A stretch of 64,000 bases of DNA from the human T2T-CHM13v2.0 reference genome, Homo sapiens. Where the stretch lies: NCBI RefSeq assembly GCF_009914755.1, contig NC_060944.1; one strand, written 5' to 3'. The position numbers were made by a program, and so were the translations under genes. Under the pieces are notes generated by a model. The model ran no database searches, was not told the DNA's origin, and saw nothing but the letters and a program-made list of their open reading frames with translations. How positions within the stretch are numbered: the first letter of the stretch is position 1; the number at the start of each line of letters is the position of its first letter. This document shows, in pieces, positions 40,600-54,182 of the stretch.

Positions 40600-41520
40600 C
40601 TGTGCCCCAGAGAGGGTGTGTGTGCATCCACATGATAGGGATCTGACTCCACACACGTGTGGGAGATGGGCTTTGGAGGCACGTGTCTATGTGCGTGCTT
40701 GTCTGTGGGGTTGAGTTAGGCACATGGGGCATGGGTATGAGTGAACTGTGCTGGGCCTGCCTAAAGGTGCACGTGGACAGAGGTGGTTAATGCCTGAGGA
40801 CACGTTGTCTGGAAGTTGAGGAACCTACATGGAGACAGGCAGATGCACATATACCATTGCATGTGTGTGAGTGCTTGGTGCAGATCTGAGCATTTGTTGG
40901 AGGATGGCTGTTTGTTTAGGTGCTTGTACTTGATCGTGTATATTATGTTCATACACACAGACCTATGTCCTCACATGTACAAATGCATCTATGGGAGCAT
41001 GCGTTTGAATTTGGAGTTTGTAATGGACTGTTCCTGAGGTTACATTTGCTTTCCTGTGCGTGCATACAAATGGGCATATGACTGAGAATGAGAGCATGGG
41101 GTTGTATGTTCATGCACAGAAGTACATTTGAGGGTATGCACACATATGTGCTATGTATTTGAGTGGGAGTTTCTGGGGACACACATATGTTAGTGAATGG
41201 GTATGAATATATGCCTGAATGGGAAAATATGTTTGCTTATTGAAGAGTACCAGTGGACACACATGTACATGCATGTAAGAGAACTTATCTATGGCAGGCA
41301 TGTGCATGCTCTGAATACAAACATGAGTGCACACATGAGAGCTTGCCTCCCATGCACGCATAGCATGCTGGCATGTGTCCACATTTGCAGACCTGCAGGG
41401 ATATGCTCTGTGTGTATCGCTGTGAACATGTCTGCATTGTGCCCACAGGTGCGAACATGTCTGTGGGTACAACCTGTGCATGCATCATGTGCTGGCATGC
41501 TCATGCACACGCTGGAACGT
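40600..41520. repeat. Degenerate TG/CA-rich low-complexity block
   Basis: Dense tgtg/catg/tgca motifs without long perfect runs. Confidence 0.6.
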
Positions 41521-43199
41521 GAGCCGTCTCGCCTCAGAGTGAGGGCTGACAGGGTTGCATTTTCCAAAAGCTCAGCGACCAGTGACAGAGCTGGCCTGGG
41601 AGTGCTTGCTGGCAGGAGGTGAGTGGAGCTGCTGATTTGTGACCTGGGGGTGGGCTGTGATGACGGCTGGCTGATGGATGCAGGCGCTTAGACACCCTGT
41701 ATGACAGCAGCCAGCTCTCTGAGCTGCCTGAATCAGGAGGTGGGAGTTTAGTTCTTGACCTGTGCTGCTCAATGCTGGCTTCCCACCTCCCTGGTGCTTG
41801 TCCACAGCCACATGAGGACACACACACACACACCAGAGACACAGACCCAGGCTTGGACAGTGGCTAGCCAGCTAGGCCCCTCTGTCCATCTTGCTCCCAG
41901 CTCTGCCATCCCCTGAAGTGCCTCCCCTTCTCACCAACATGCTTCTCTGTTCTCCCAGAAACTTCACTCACAATCAGAGTCATCTAGGCCCTGTGCAGAG
42001 CCGTGGCGTGTGGGAGTGTGAAATCATTTCAGGCCTTTAAAGGCTTCATGCCCTTGGGCAAAGCATGGTTCATCTGTGAGCCCTGGGTTCCTCATCTCAT
42101 CCTCATAAAACAGGCCTAATGAAAGCACCTGCTTAAAATTAAACAAGGCAAATTATGTAAAAGCACTAAACACAGTAAACACAGCGTCCATTCTCCATGA
42201 GATTTACCTATCTTAGTATTAATTATGTATGGTGCTGAGAACAGGGCCTGGCATGCTGCAATGCTATATAAGTGTGCTGTCACCGTCATCACTACTATCA
42301 TCGTCGTTGTTATTAATATCCCTGGTTCTGAAATCCTTGGCCAATTGCACATCAATTCTTGCTCAAGACCCTGAATACTCTTTTATCCCATGATAATGAT
42401 GATGATGATGACAACAAAAGGGGAATATTTTTCTTTTCATCTTCCTAGATGCCTTGTAAGAAGGTCAGGAATAGTAAATGGGAGGCTCTTTATTTTCTAA
42501 GCTCCTTGATAGAGCTGGGTTTGCTCATTTGGAGCTTGGAGCTGGCATGGTTGTATTTTCTGCCTAACACAGCATGTGGAACTCTTGGGGAACCTGGTGG
42601 GAATCAATGAGACAGATGACCAAAGGCTGTGCGTCCCATAAAACCCTGCTCTGTGACCCCAAGTCATCAGAAAAACTCACAAATGCTTGGCATGAGTAGA
42701 CACCTTGTGCAACCCAGTGAAAGGGCAGGACTCACTGGATTTCACTCTGGGATGGCTCAGCACCCAGTGGAGACAGCAAGTGTGGATGCAGGAGCTGGAA
42801 GCAAAGGGGATCGAGGGATCATTACCTTTTCCTCCACACCCCACTCTGGAACTAGCAGAAATCACGGGGCGCTTGAGGACTTCTACAGGCTGTGGAATGC
42901 AGTGGCGGGTAGAGGAATGAGCTCTCCCAGAGCACAGACAGGGACTTTTGGATACACCCAAGCATATGTTTGGGGCTTCCTGTGTGCTGGACACTGTATG
43001 TACTGCTGACGGGGTAGGTTCTGGGGGTCAGAGCACCCGGGTTTAAATCTCAGCATCTCCAGTTATTTGTCATTTGATCTTGCACAAGTTACTTAACCTC
43101 CTTGTGCCTCAGTTTTCTCACCTGTAAAACGAGGGCTGCCTCATTGCGTTGTTGTGGGATTAAATGCGTTAATTTATGTAAAATGCTCAGTAAGTGTCA

Positions 43200-43849
<650 letters not shown>

Positions 43850-45789
43850 TCAGAAGGCAAATCTGGATAAATAATGTTCTTTATTTCTGGCAAGATCTTT
43901 GACTCTGTGTGACCTTGGGTAAGTAATTCTCCATGTGTGAGGTTTAGACAGGATGTTCAAGGGACCTATGACTTCATGTCCGTGTGTCCCTCTGGACATA
44001 TAATCTGCCTGTGACCTCCTTCTTGGCAGGGTCAGTATCTGCTAAGGCAACCAGTGCATGTGGAAGGGACAGGCTTGGAGTCGGGGGAACCTGTGCCGCC
44101 TTTGCTCTGTCCCATACTAGCTGGGAGACCTTGAACCAGCCACTTTATTCCCCTGAGTTTCAGTTTCCCCTTTCTACAATGGAGCTGGCAACCAACCTCA
44201 GAAATGCTGTTGGGCTTCTGTATGTGAGAGCTGGGCACACGGGGCTGAGAGAGGTGGCTGCACATCTCCCCACGGGTCTCCAAGTTACCATGCCCATTTG
44301 TAGCATGAGCTATAGGAACCATGGGTTAAAGGTCCCACATAGGATGATTTGGGGGTTCCCAAATATCCCTCCACTTGGGCTTACCATGCTAACCCCACAT
44401 CCCTGCCACTGGCCACTCTCAATGGACTTTAGAAGGCATATTCAAGTTGAGCAAGTTATCAAGCTCCTTAACCTGGCCTTCAAGTTCTTTTCACAACTAC
44501 CTCCAACCAGCCTTCCCTGCCTCACCTCCCACCACTCCTCCACCCTGCGATCCAGCCCCCAGGGCCAAAAACCCTTCCCGAAGCTGCCACACACTTCTTA
44601 CCTTCTCCCCACCCCCAGCCTTTGCAGATGCTCTTCTCTCTGCTTGGAATACTCTTGCTCGCATGGCCACCTCACATCCCATACTCATTCTTCGAGACCC
44701 AGTTGAAGTTACTTCCTCTGGGAAGCCCTCCAGGATTACTCAGTCTTTCTTTAGTGCTTCCAGGATCTTATTCTGTTAATTCTGCTACAATTCTTACCAA
44801 ACACATTATTTTTGGCTGCTTCAGCTCCCTGATCCACTTCCTTCCTCCAACTTACGTCTTGGGCTACCGGAAGGGAGGAATTACCTATCATCTATGTAAC
44901 CCTTGGCAGTTTACTACTCTCTTAGCCTCAGTTTCCTCATCTGTGAACTGGGGCTGACAGTACCTAAATGAGAAAAAATAATGCAGGTAAGGCACTGGGA
45001 CATACTAGCCATCTCTGGATCTATCACAGTGGACCTTGGCAAATGTGGAGGGAATGAATGAGAGCTCCCTGGGAGGGTAAGAAAAATAAGGCTAATAAGC
45101 ATTTATTGGGAACTTTCCACATGTCAGGAAGGCACTGAGTTCAGAGCTTAACATCCACTATCTCCTTTAAGACTTTTAATAATCCTTTAAGGAAGAGACT
45201 ATCATTATCCCCATTTTACAGATAAGGCAACTGAGGCTTCAGCAGTGGAGGACCTTGATGAAGGATGCCCAGCTAGCAGGAGCTGGAATTCATGTTGGAT
45301 CAATGTGGAATGAATGAATCACTTGGGCGTGGGGGGAGGTGGGAGGACAAATAACCGTATCTTATAATCATATGGTTTTAGAGCTGGAAACTCTTCAGGT
45401 GACTTAGTCCAGGGGTTCTTAATTTGGGATCCATGAGTGGGAAGACTGATGGGTTCCAAAGCCAGACAGATAAGGTCCCCCCATCTTGCCCAGTGGTTTC
45501 TGACCCCTCTGTCTCCTGCCAATCCTTGCATCCACTCAAGTCCTGGAGTCACCCAGCTTGTTCTTGCTTGGCTCCGCTGGTATTTCAGTGTGGTCTGAGA
45601 CTCCTGAAGGCTCCGCAGTTGCCGGGAGTGTCCTTATCCCCCATGCAGGGCAGGATCAGGAGCCGACAACTGCAACCTTTTCCCCTCCCCTGGGAGATGT
45701 AGGGAAAAGGGGAAGGGCATCTGGAGCAAGGGAGAGAGCTCAGACCTTGGAGGCAGACACACTGGGCTTCTAAGAACCACAAAGATAAG

Positions 45790-45992
45790 AATAGTAACAA
45801 AGGCTAGCATTTATTGAACACCTACTATGTGCCAGGCACTGTCCTAACCACTTGACACATATGAACCCTTTTTAGCCTCACAACTCTTCGAGGTAGGTTC
45901 TGTTATTAACCCCATTTGACAGATGAGGAAACTGAGGACCAGAGAAGTGAAGTGACTTGCCCGAGGCCAGGCAGCTGGTCAGTGCCAGAGGC
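45790..45992 (-). mobile_element. MIR at the CDH22 3' end
   Basis: gctagcatttattgaacacctactatgtgccaggcactgt...cccatttgacagatgaggaaactgagg...agtgacttgcccgaggcc is a reverse-strand MIR core and 3' end. Confidence 0.88.
45810..45815 (-). terminator. CDH22: Candidate distal CDH22 poly(A) signal AATAAA
   Basis: TTTATT on + strand; first canonical AATAAA seen downstream of the CDH22 stop. Confidence 0.7.
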
Positions 45993-46334
45993 TCTGCCAT
46001 TCACTGGCCAGGTGCCCTTGGACGGGTCACAGCCACTTCTCTGGGGTCCTTTCCCCTTCTATTCCGTGCAGGACACCACCTCATGGTTTCTCTGACGACT
46101 GAGCTGGTCTCTGTACAGCGTCCCAGCACACAGTAGGTGCTTAGTAAGTGAACAGCCTTCTTTCCTCTTAACTCTGATGGGGGAAACCTGGGGTGGGGGC
46201 ATCTCAGCGGCGTGCTCCCTCCAGCATTCTCCCCCAGGCCAGGATTGAGTGACCCGCCCCTTCCCGACTCTGCAACGCCACCCCCATCTCCCATTCTAAC
46301 CCCAGAGCCACACCGTGCCCGGTCTCGCCTCAGT

Positions 46335-46340
46335 TTTAAT
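46335..46340 (-). terminator. CDH22: Candidate proximal CDH22 poly(A) signal ATTAAA
   Basis: TTTAAT on + strand, about 220 nt after the stop. Confidence 0.5.
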
Positions 46341-46558
46341 GCCGTTGGTCAGAATCCCGCACCTCTGGGCTCCAAAGCTGCACCCCTAGAGGAGGAGGAA
46401 TGGAAGAGTCCGCTCCTAGCAAGTCCCCCCTCCGTCCAGCCGCCAAGGGAGGGTTGGGGGAGGGCAGGAAAGGGGGTCCGCGGGGGAAACGCGTTGTCCT
46501 GGGGCCCCGGCGTGTGCTGGGCGGGTGAGCAGCCGCGCCCCGACGGCAGGGCGAGGGG

Positions 46559-47130
46559 CTAGGAGGCCTGGGCCTCGTCGTCCCCGCGGTGGCCGGCGTA
46601 GAGCGCGGCCAGGGGCCGGAAGCGCGGACCCCAGCTGCTGAGATAGGCGAAGTCCTGCTCGGAGCCCGACGAGCCGCTGTGCAGGGAGCTGAGCGAGGCG
46701 GCCGGCGAGTCCGCGCCCTCGAAGGCGTAGGTCTGGAAGGCGTCGTAGGGCGGCACCGACAGGTCCCCGTCCGCCAGTGCCACCTTGCGGCTGATGAAGT
46801 CCCTGAACACTGAGAAGTCTGGCTCGGGGCTCGGCGGCCCCTGCGGCAGCGAGTGGCGCTCGGAGGGCAGGTGGGCCTGCGGGGGGCTGCCCGCGCCCCC
46901 GCCCGAGCCCCCGCCCGCTCCCCCGCCCGCGCTGCCGCCCCCGTCGCCGCCCTTGAGCTCGCCGAAGTCGTAGAGGCTCCGCAGCGCCGACATGTCGTAG
47001 GCTTCGGTGTCCTGCTCGCCGCCGCCTTCGTCGTTGTATTTGATGACGTTGTCCCGCATGTCTTCATCCTCGTCCGAGCTCAGGTGGCTCTTGTGGTGGC
47101 GCCTGAGGGTGAGGATCAGCAGCACCAGCA
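46559..47130 (-). CDS. CDH22: CDH22 last exon: end of TM plus cytoplasmic domain
   Basis: Acceptor at 47131-47132; (V)LVLLILTLRRHHK...YNDEGGGEQDTEAYDMSAL (p120-binding JMD)...PPYDAFQTYAFEG...SLSSL...WGPRFRPLAALY (beta-catenin domain); TAG at 46559-46561. Confidence 0.97.
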
Positions 47131-47718
47131 CTGCGAGGGGGACAGAGGGGGCAACTGAGGGCCAAGCCCCTCCCAGGGCATTAGAAGGACCCTCTACCCC
47201 ATCTCCTCCCGCCTCCCACCCAGCAGAGCGGGCCCAGCCTCAACATTCCTACAGATTTCCTGGATTTCTGTTCAAAAAGCCATTCTTGCAATCAGAACTG
47301 AGCTGAGTGTCTGGAGAGGTAGTGAGCTACCCATCTCGGGAGGTATGCAAATCGAGGCTAGATTACTCTGGGGTGGAGGTGGCCAATGGGAGAGCAGTGT
47401 TAAAGGTTTTCCTGGGTGTTGAGGCCTGAGGTCTCCCTTCTCAGCCCTATGAAGAGATACACTCTCTGAGGACTCTAGGTGCTGGGGGTCTGTAGCAGGC
47501 AGCTGAGAAACAGAAGGAGCTGGAGGAGTGAAAGATGTCCTTCACCCTGACCTCTCTTTCACCCTCACCCTCCTCTGCCACACCAGAAGTCTTGAGCTCC
47601 TACTCAATCCTTTGGTTCTCAGGTCAAGGCCTGCAGGAACCCTTCCCTGAGAGCTGCAGGCCAGGTTCCATGCCTTCCCCTGCAAGATTCCCCAGGACGG
47701 GGCTCCTTCCTCTATCAT

Positions 47719-47887
47719 ACTGGTTCTCAAAGTGCGGCCCCTGGGCAACAGCAACATCCTCCTGGGAGCTTGTTAGAAATGCAGACCCTTGGATCCTGGC
47801 ACGGATCTTGTGGCAGTGGAGGGGAATCTGTGTTTTAACAAGACCTGCAGACCTGAAGAGGCAGCTCAAGTTTGAAAGCCACAGCTC
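47719..47887. mobile_element. MER5A-type remnant
   Basis: ctggttctcaaagtgcggcccc...gggagcttgttagaaatgcag...tgtgttttaacaag...aagtttgaaagccac. Confidence 0.75.
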
Positions 47888-49998
47888 TGTCATAGACCAG
47901 ACCCTGCTGTGTTACCAGGTCTGTCTCCACCCCAAAACACACACCCTAAGCTAGGACCTGGGAAATGTTCCTCTATCTTGGTGCCTGGCATGCAGTAAGC
48001 ACTTGAAGCATGCTTGTTGAATGAATGAATGACTAAAGGAAGAGTTGGATGGAGACTTGGGTAAGTGAATGAATGCTTGTCCCCTCTTGGCTTTCTTCAC
48101 TTGATTTCCAGGACTCCACATTCTCCTCCTCCTCCCACCTCACTGATCACTCATTCTCAATCTTCTAAGCAGGTTTCTCCTCGCCTCTCTTAACTCAGAT
48201 GTCCTAGGATTCAGACCTCGGTTCTGTGTCCATGCTCCCTCTCTTGGAGCTCTCCTTTGGTCTCAACAGCTTTAAAAGTTCCATTTAGAAACTGACAATC
48301 CCCATATCTCAGCCTCCAGCCTGGACCTCTCCCCTGAAATCTAGATTGTACATTCAATTTCCTACTCAACACGCCCTCTTGTTGACCAAGCGAATCTCAA
48401 ACTTAACAGGTTCAAAGGTGAAATACTAATCTTTCCCCCTTCCCCACCCCGAGTCTCCCCCACCTCAGTGTTAGGAACCCCGACTTTTCAATTACTCAGG
48501 GCTTCTAAGTCTCTTTTGTTGAGTGCTAAATCTCAGTGTCTAGTACATGGGAGGAACTCACTGGATGGATGTATAGGTAAATGATGATGGGTGGATGGAC
48601 TGACAGATGGACAGACATGTACGAGGTACTGTGCTGGGCACTGGACTCTTCTTGCTCCTCCAAACAGCTCCAGTGGCCAGAGCTGGCTGTGAGGGCCATG
48701 GGGCAGGGCACCTGCTCACCACCTAACAAGGTGGCTTGTGACAGGGAAGAGCACGAGAGCTGGGGACAGGCCCGGAGGGAGGGCACAGGGAAGGAAGGTG
48801 TCAGGAGAGAAGTGGGAAAGATGGATGGATGGCTTCTGGAGCCGAGGCTGGGAGCTCTGGAGGGGGATGCCCGCGGGAGCAGATGGTGAGGTTTGCGGGT
48901 GGCGGGCGACAGATGTGCCAGGCCTGATCAGCGATTCCACCCGTCACCTTTAGAGCACTGATGTGCACTTTCTTCGTTTGTGGGCAATTAGGCAGAACTT
49001 TGTTTGCACTGCCTCGGAAAATGAAACCGCTGTAAAGTGCACCCTCTGGAAAAAGGGTTTCTGAGCCATGGGCTAGGGTGGGGGGAGAAGGGGGACCTCC
49101 CAACTATGAGGAGCCTGCCCAGGGCCTCTGCTGGGACCTGAGGAGGTACAGCCTGGCCATAGGCAGGTCCTCAGAGGGTGGACAGAGGCCGTGCCAGTGC
49201 CAGCCAGTGAGGGCGGGGGGAGGCAGCTGACATCTCCCAGGGAGCAGAGCAAGGCTGGAATCTGCACTTGGACCTCCCTTGAGCTCCTCTAGCTTTGGCC
49301 TCAGTGCCCTTCTTTACTTGGGTGGTTACAGCTGTGACAGGTGGCATATGGCCATTCAAATCCAGGTTAGCTTCTGAAACTTGACCTCTTCATTGGGGAG
49401 ACTTTGGGGTGCAAATGGCTGCTAGTGGCCTGGTACCAGTGTAGATTTTGCCCCCCTCCCCCACCACCAATGACTTGAGATTTTGCTCTCAGTTTAGATT
49501 CATAGCAGGTGGTGTAGTTAGAGGAGCAGAGGACACAGGGTGAGAAGACCTAATATCAAATCCAAAGATTATCCAGTACCCTTACACCAGCCACCTAACC
49601 TCTCTGACCCCCAGCGCTTTCATCTGAAAAATGGGATGATATGCCTGGCCATGTGCTTGTGAGGTTCACAAGAGCCCTTTTTACTAAAAGTCCTACATAG
49701 AGACTAAAAAAGGACCATTCACATGAGAAAATTTTTTAAAAATATGCTAGGGTGAGGTTTGGGCTACACGTGAATGGGGTGGGCCACAGTGAGCTCATCC
49801 CTGGAGTTGGTGGCGGGGCCGCTCTGCACTTAGAAGACTCCTCATGGGGGCTGCTTGTTAGAGCTTGGAGATGGTTTGGCCAGCCCATCCTCATGTGGAG
49901 AGGGAAGCTGAGGCCCCATGGGGGCTGGTTAGGAAGGAAACCCAGGACGCCAGGATGGGGCCAATCAGGCAGGGCTGGGTGGCTCTCGATGGACTCAC

Positions 49999-50250
49999 CA
50001 ACCAGGATGAGAACGCAGACCAAGAGGGCGATGAGGGCGCCGGGGCTGAGGGAGGCGGCCATGACAAAGGCCGTGGTGTTGCAGGACTGGATGGTGCCGG
50101 AGCTGTCGCAGCCACAGATGCGGATGGTGAGCGTGCCTGTGCTGCTCAGTGTGGGCGGCCCACTGTCTACCACCAGGATGGGCAGGAAGAACACGTCCTG
50201 CTCCTGCCGGTTGAAGCCCACGTGCTGCGTGTGCACTGCAGCGGTGTTGT
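49999..50250 (-). CDS. CDH22: CDH22 penultimate exon (252 nt): end of EC5 and start of TM
   Basis: Acceptor 50251-50252, donor GTGAGT at 49998; (D)NTAAVHTQHVGFNRQEQDVFFLPILVVDSGPPTLSSTGTLTIRICGCD...LSPGALIALLVCVLILV. Confidence 0.97.
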
Positions 50251-50398
50251 CTGTTCCGGAAGAAGGGGGAGCGGTGTGACTTGGGGCCGGGGGTCAGCAT
50301 CCTTGTCCTAGCCACCTCCTGATTGCATCGTGAGATTTGCCTCCCTATGCCCCAAACTACAGCCTCCCAATGGACTCATGGGTCTCTTCTCTGATCTC

Positions 50399-50629
50399 CC
50401 AAAATTCTATTACCAGATGCCTCCAAATTCTGCCCCATGCTGCCCAAAGATTCTGTCCCCCAAAGTCTACCCTCAGCTGCCCAAAATCCTGTCCCCATGT
50501 AGCCCACAATTCTGTCCTCAAACCATCCCAAGATTCTGTTTTCAGCTATTCTAAGATTTTGTCCTCAGCTGTGCCAAGGTCCCCAGCTATTCCCAGATTC
50601 CGTCCCCAGCTAGGCCAAGGTCCTGTCCC
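50399..50629. repeat. Degenerate ~23-bp minisatellite (about 10 units)
   Basis: Recurring ccaagattctgtcc(c/t)cagct.. units. Confidence 0.7.
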
Positions 50630-52288
50630 TGGCGTTGTCTTTTTTTTTTTTTTTTTTTTTGCCATTTGTCTCAACAGCTTGTTTTTGCTCTAGATTCCAC
50701 CCCAGCTTCCCAGCGTATTCTGACCCTAGGAATCCTATAGGGTCCTTGGGTTGTGGTTTGTTGGGCCCTGACAAGTCCTGGGTCCTCAGAAGGGACTGGG
50801 AACTCTGGCTGGCATCTGCCTTTGGCTGTGGGATCTTTCTGTCCTTCATACCCCAAGGCCAGTTGAGAGTCCTGGAGCCTGACAAGGAGTCTCTGCCTAA
50901 GAGGCTGAGCCTAGAGGGCTGGGGGCGTGGTGAGGGGCCTGATGAGGGGCCCTGGAGCATTGAGGCCTTCTCCACATCTTTCCTTTTCACATAGGCGGCC
51001 AGAGAGGACAGTGAACAAACACAAATGGAACTCATGGCACTGGTTCAGCCTGTCACCGGGGAAGCCAGGCAGGACGCAGGGGGATGGTGGCTGGCCTTGG
51101 AGCACAGGCTGAGGTGACAGGTGGCACCCCCTTCTCCGCCCTTTCTGCCTCCTTCACACCTGTTCTGTAGGAGTCAGGCCACCTGACCCTCTGTCATTTT
51201 GATGGCCTCTCTCAGTTCTGCACATGCAGGGGTACGAAGTGCCCAGAGCTCCGAAGGCTGCTGCCCCTCCCTTCACAGCCAACTCTGCCAAAGGGGGCCC
51301 TGCATTCCTGCTGGGGGCCTTCAGTCCTCCTTCTCCCCGCGGTCTTCAGTCTGCTGTTTCTAATCTGAGAGCCAGATCTGGGAGATCTGTTGGCAGCCTG
51401 GGTTCCTTACCCTGCTTCGTGGCCCCAGTTAACCCAGCTCCTTCCCCAGACGACCCCAATTCAGTGTCCCAGATCTGGCCTTTCTCATCATGGATGCTAT
51501 GCAGGAAAAGGAGCCCTACGAAGGTCTGACTTGTGGCCTTTGGCACATCTCAGAAGTGGACTGCAGGTCCAGATGCAGCACGACTGGCTGTGAGTTGGAG
51601 GCTGCCCACGAGGTGCCGGGAACATGAGGGTTCATTCCATTAGCCTATCTCCTTTTACACACATTTGAGAATTTCCATTAAAATGTTGAAAAATAATGCA
51701 AGTCTATCATTTACTAGCTGGGGAAACCCACTGAGCTTCTCTAAGCTTCAGTTTACCCATCTGTAAACTCAGAAAGGGTATCATGCAGGTGTGAGGATTA
51801 AATGGTGTAATTCACACATAACCCTTAGAAAAGTTCCCAGCCCATAGAAATGCTCAATAATGCTGATTAATATTTTTTCAGACCCCGCCCCCATCTTCCC
51901 TGTGCTGCACCCGCTGCCGGCTCCCTGTCTAGGCCGCCCTGCCTTTCCTCATAAAGTTCCTGCTCTCTGGAACACCCTCTTCACCTTCTTGCCTGGGCAA
52001 ATTCCTCATCCGTCATGCTCCAGCTAAATGTCACCTCCTTTCTTGTGGCCTCCTTTCTCCGCTTCCCTGGGAAGGAAGGATTTATGGCTCCCCGCTCCCT
52101 GCTCTGACTACGCAGGTGCCATGCACAGTTCTGTTACAGCACTTGTCACGTTGTGTTAAGTTAGTGTGTGCCTGTTTCTCCACTGCATGGCCAGCCAGGG
52201 CTGGCATGGAGCCAGTCTTGAAGAGCAATCCTTGAATGAACCACAGCTTTTGGGAGAACTGGTGGTCTTGGGTCAGCCCCTCAGGTCA

Positions 52289-52437
52289 CTGCTGCCACCC
52301 TGTCCCCGGAGCTTACATGGGGTGGTCACACTGGATGGCAGCTCTGGTGGCCACCTCAGCCAAACAGAAGCAATTAAGGCAGAATCTCAGGCCCCTTGGG
52401 TTGGAAAGCCTTGTGAACTTGGCAAGGTTGAGTCAAG
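52289..52437. repeat. Diverged direct repeat, copy 1 (partner 55016-55171)
   Basis: Shared ctgctgccaccctgtccccggagcttaca...ggcagaatctc.ggccccttgggttggaaagcct.gtgaacttggca. Confidence 0.9.
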
Positions 52438-52792
52438 TTCGACAGTTCAAACTGGCTACATTCAGGCTTGAACTCTAGCTCTCCCCCCAAAGGATGCGTC
52501 AACCCCAGCTGGGAAAAATCTGCCTTCTGCAGGGGAAGAAAGGGGGCTGGAGGGCAAGATGGGAGAAAGAGGGAATGGCATGGGACCCATTTGTACTGAA
52601 TGGATTTTTTTTATGCATCAAGGACTCTCTGCATATTTTAAATACATAGTAATGTTTAATCCTCATAACCTGTTAAGAGTTGTGGCATTATTCCCATTTT
52701 GTATATATGGAAATTGTGGCTCAGAGACAAGTGACTTGTCTGAATTTTTCCAGTGAAAGCATTCTTCCTTCCTTCCAACCATCCAACAAATC

Positions 52793-52976
52793 TTTTTTTT
52801 TCTTGAGACAAGGTCTCACTCTGTCACCCAGGCTGGAGTGCAGTGGTGTGACCTCAGCTCACTGTGACCTCGGTCTCCCAGGCTCAAGCAATCCTCCCAC
52901 CTTAGCTTCCTGAGTACCTAGGACTACAGGTATGCACCACCATGCTCAGCTAATTTTTTTTAATTTTTAAAGTTTG

Positions 52977-53020
<44 letters not shown>

Positions 53021-53128
53021 AGATGAGGTCTCATTGTATTGTCTAGGCTGGTCTCGAACTCCTGGGGCTCCTCCTGCCTCAGCCTCCCAAAGTGGTGGCA
53101 TTACAGGCATAAGCCACCATGACTGGCC
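52793..53128 (-). mobile_element. AluJ-like with (GT)19 (52981-53018) in its mid linker
   Basis: TSD ccatccaacaaatcttt. Confidence 0.9.
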
Positions 53129-53458
53129 TCCATCCAACAAATCTTTATTAACTACTATGTGCTAGGCACCATGCTAGTCGCCATGAGAAAACAATAGAGA
53201 GCTACACCAGCTCGCTGCTGGTCCTGGATCAGAGCTCATATTTTCATGTAAGAAACAATGCTAATCAAATAAACCCACAATTTAGTCTACAATTACAAAC
53301 CATGGTGAGTGCTGTGAAGGAAGAATATAGGAAGAGCACATAACAGAGCACCTGAGCCAGTCTAGGAGGTCGGGGAGAGCTTCTTGGAAGAAGTGATATG
53401 ATTCCTGAGCCTGAACAGTGAGTTTAGGGAGAGGGAACAGCGTATGCAAAGGTCCTGA

Positions 53459-54182
<724 letters not shown>

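Larger units (their letters stand above)
46190..47140. promoter_or_regulatory. CpG island over the CDH22 last exon
   Basis: Very GC- and CpG-dense sequence. Confidence 0.85.

Noticed and set aside
43984-44706. 240-aa ORF
   Set aside because: GTG start, crosses MIR/L2-like fragments, no family resemblance
46336-47067. 243-aa alternative-frame ORF over the CDH22 last exon, and + strand ORFs there
   Set aside because: Shadow frames expected from extreme GC content
49752-50311. Antisense ORFs over the CDH22 TM exon
   Set aside because: Typical antisense shadow of a GC3-rich exon
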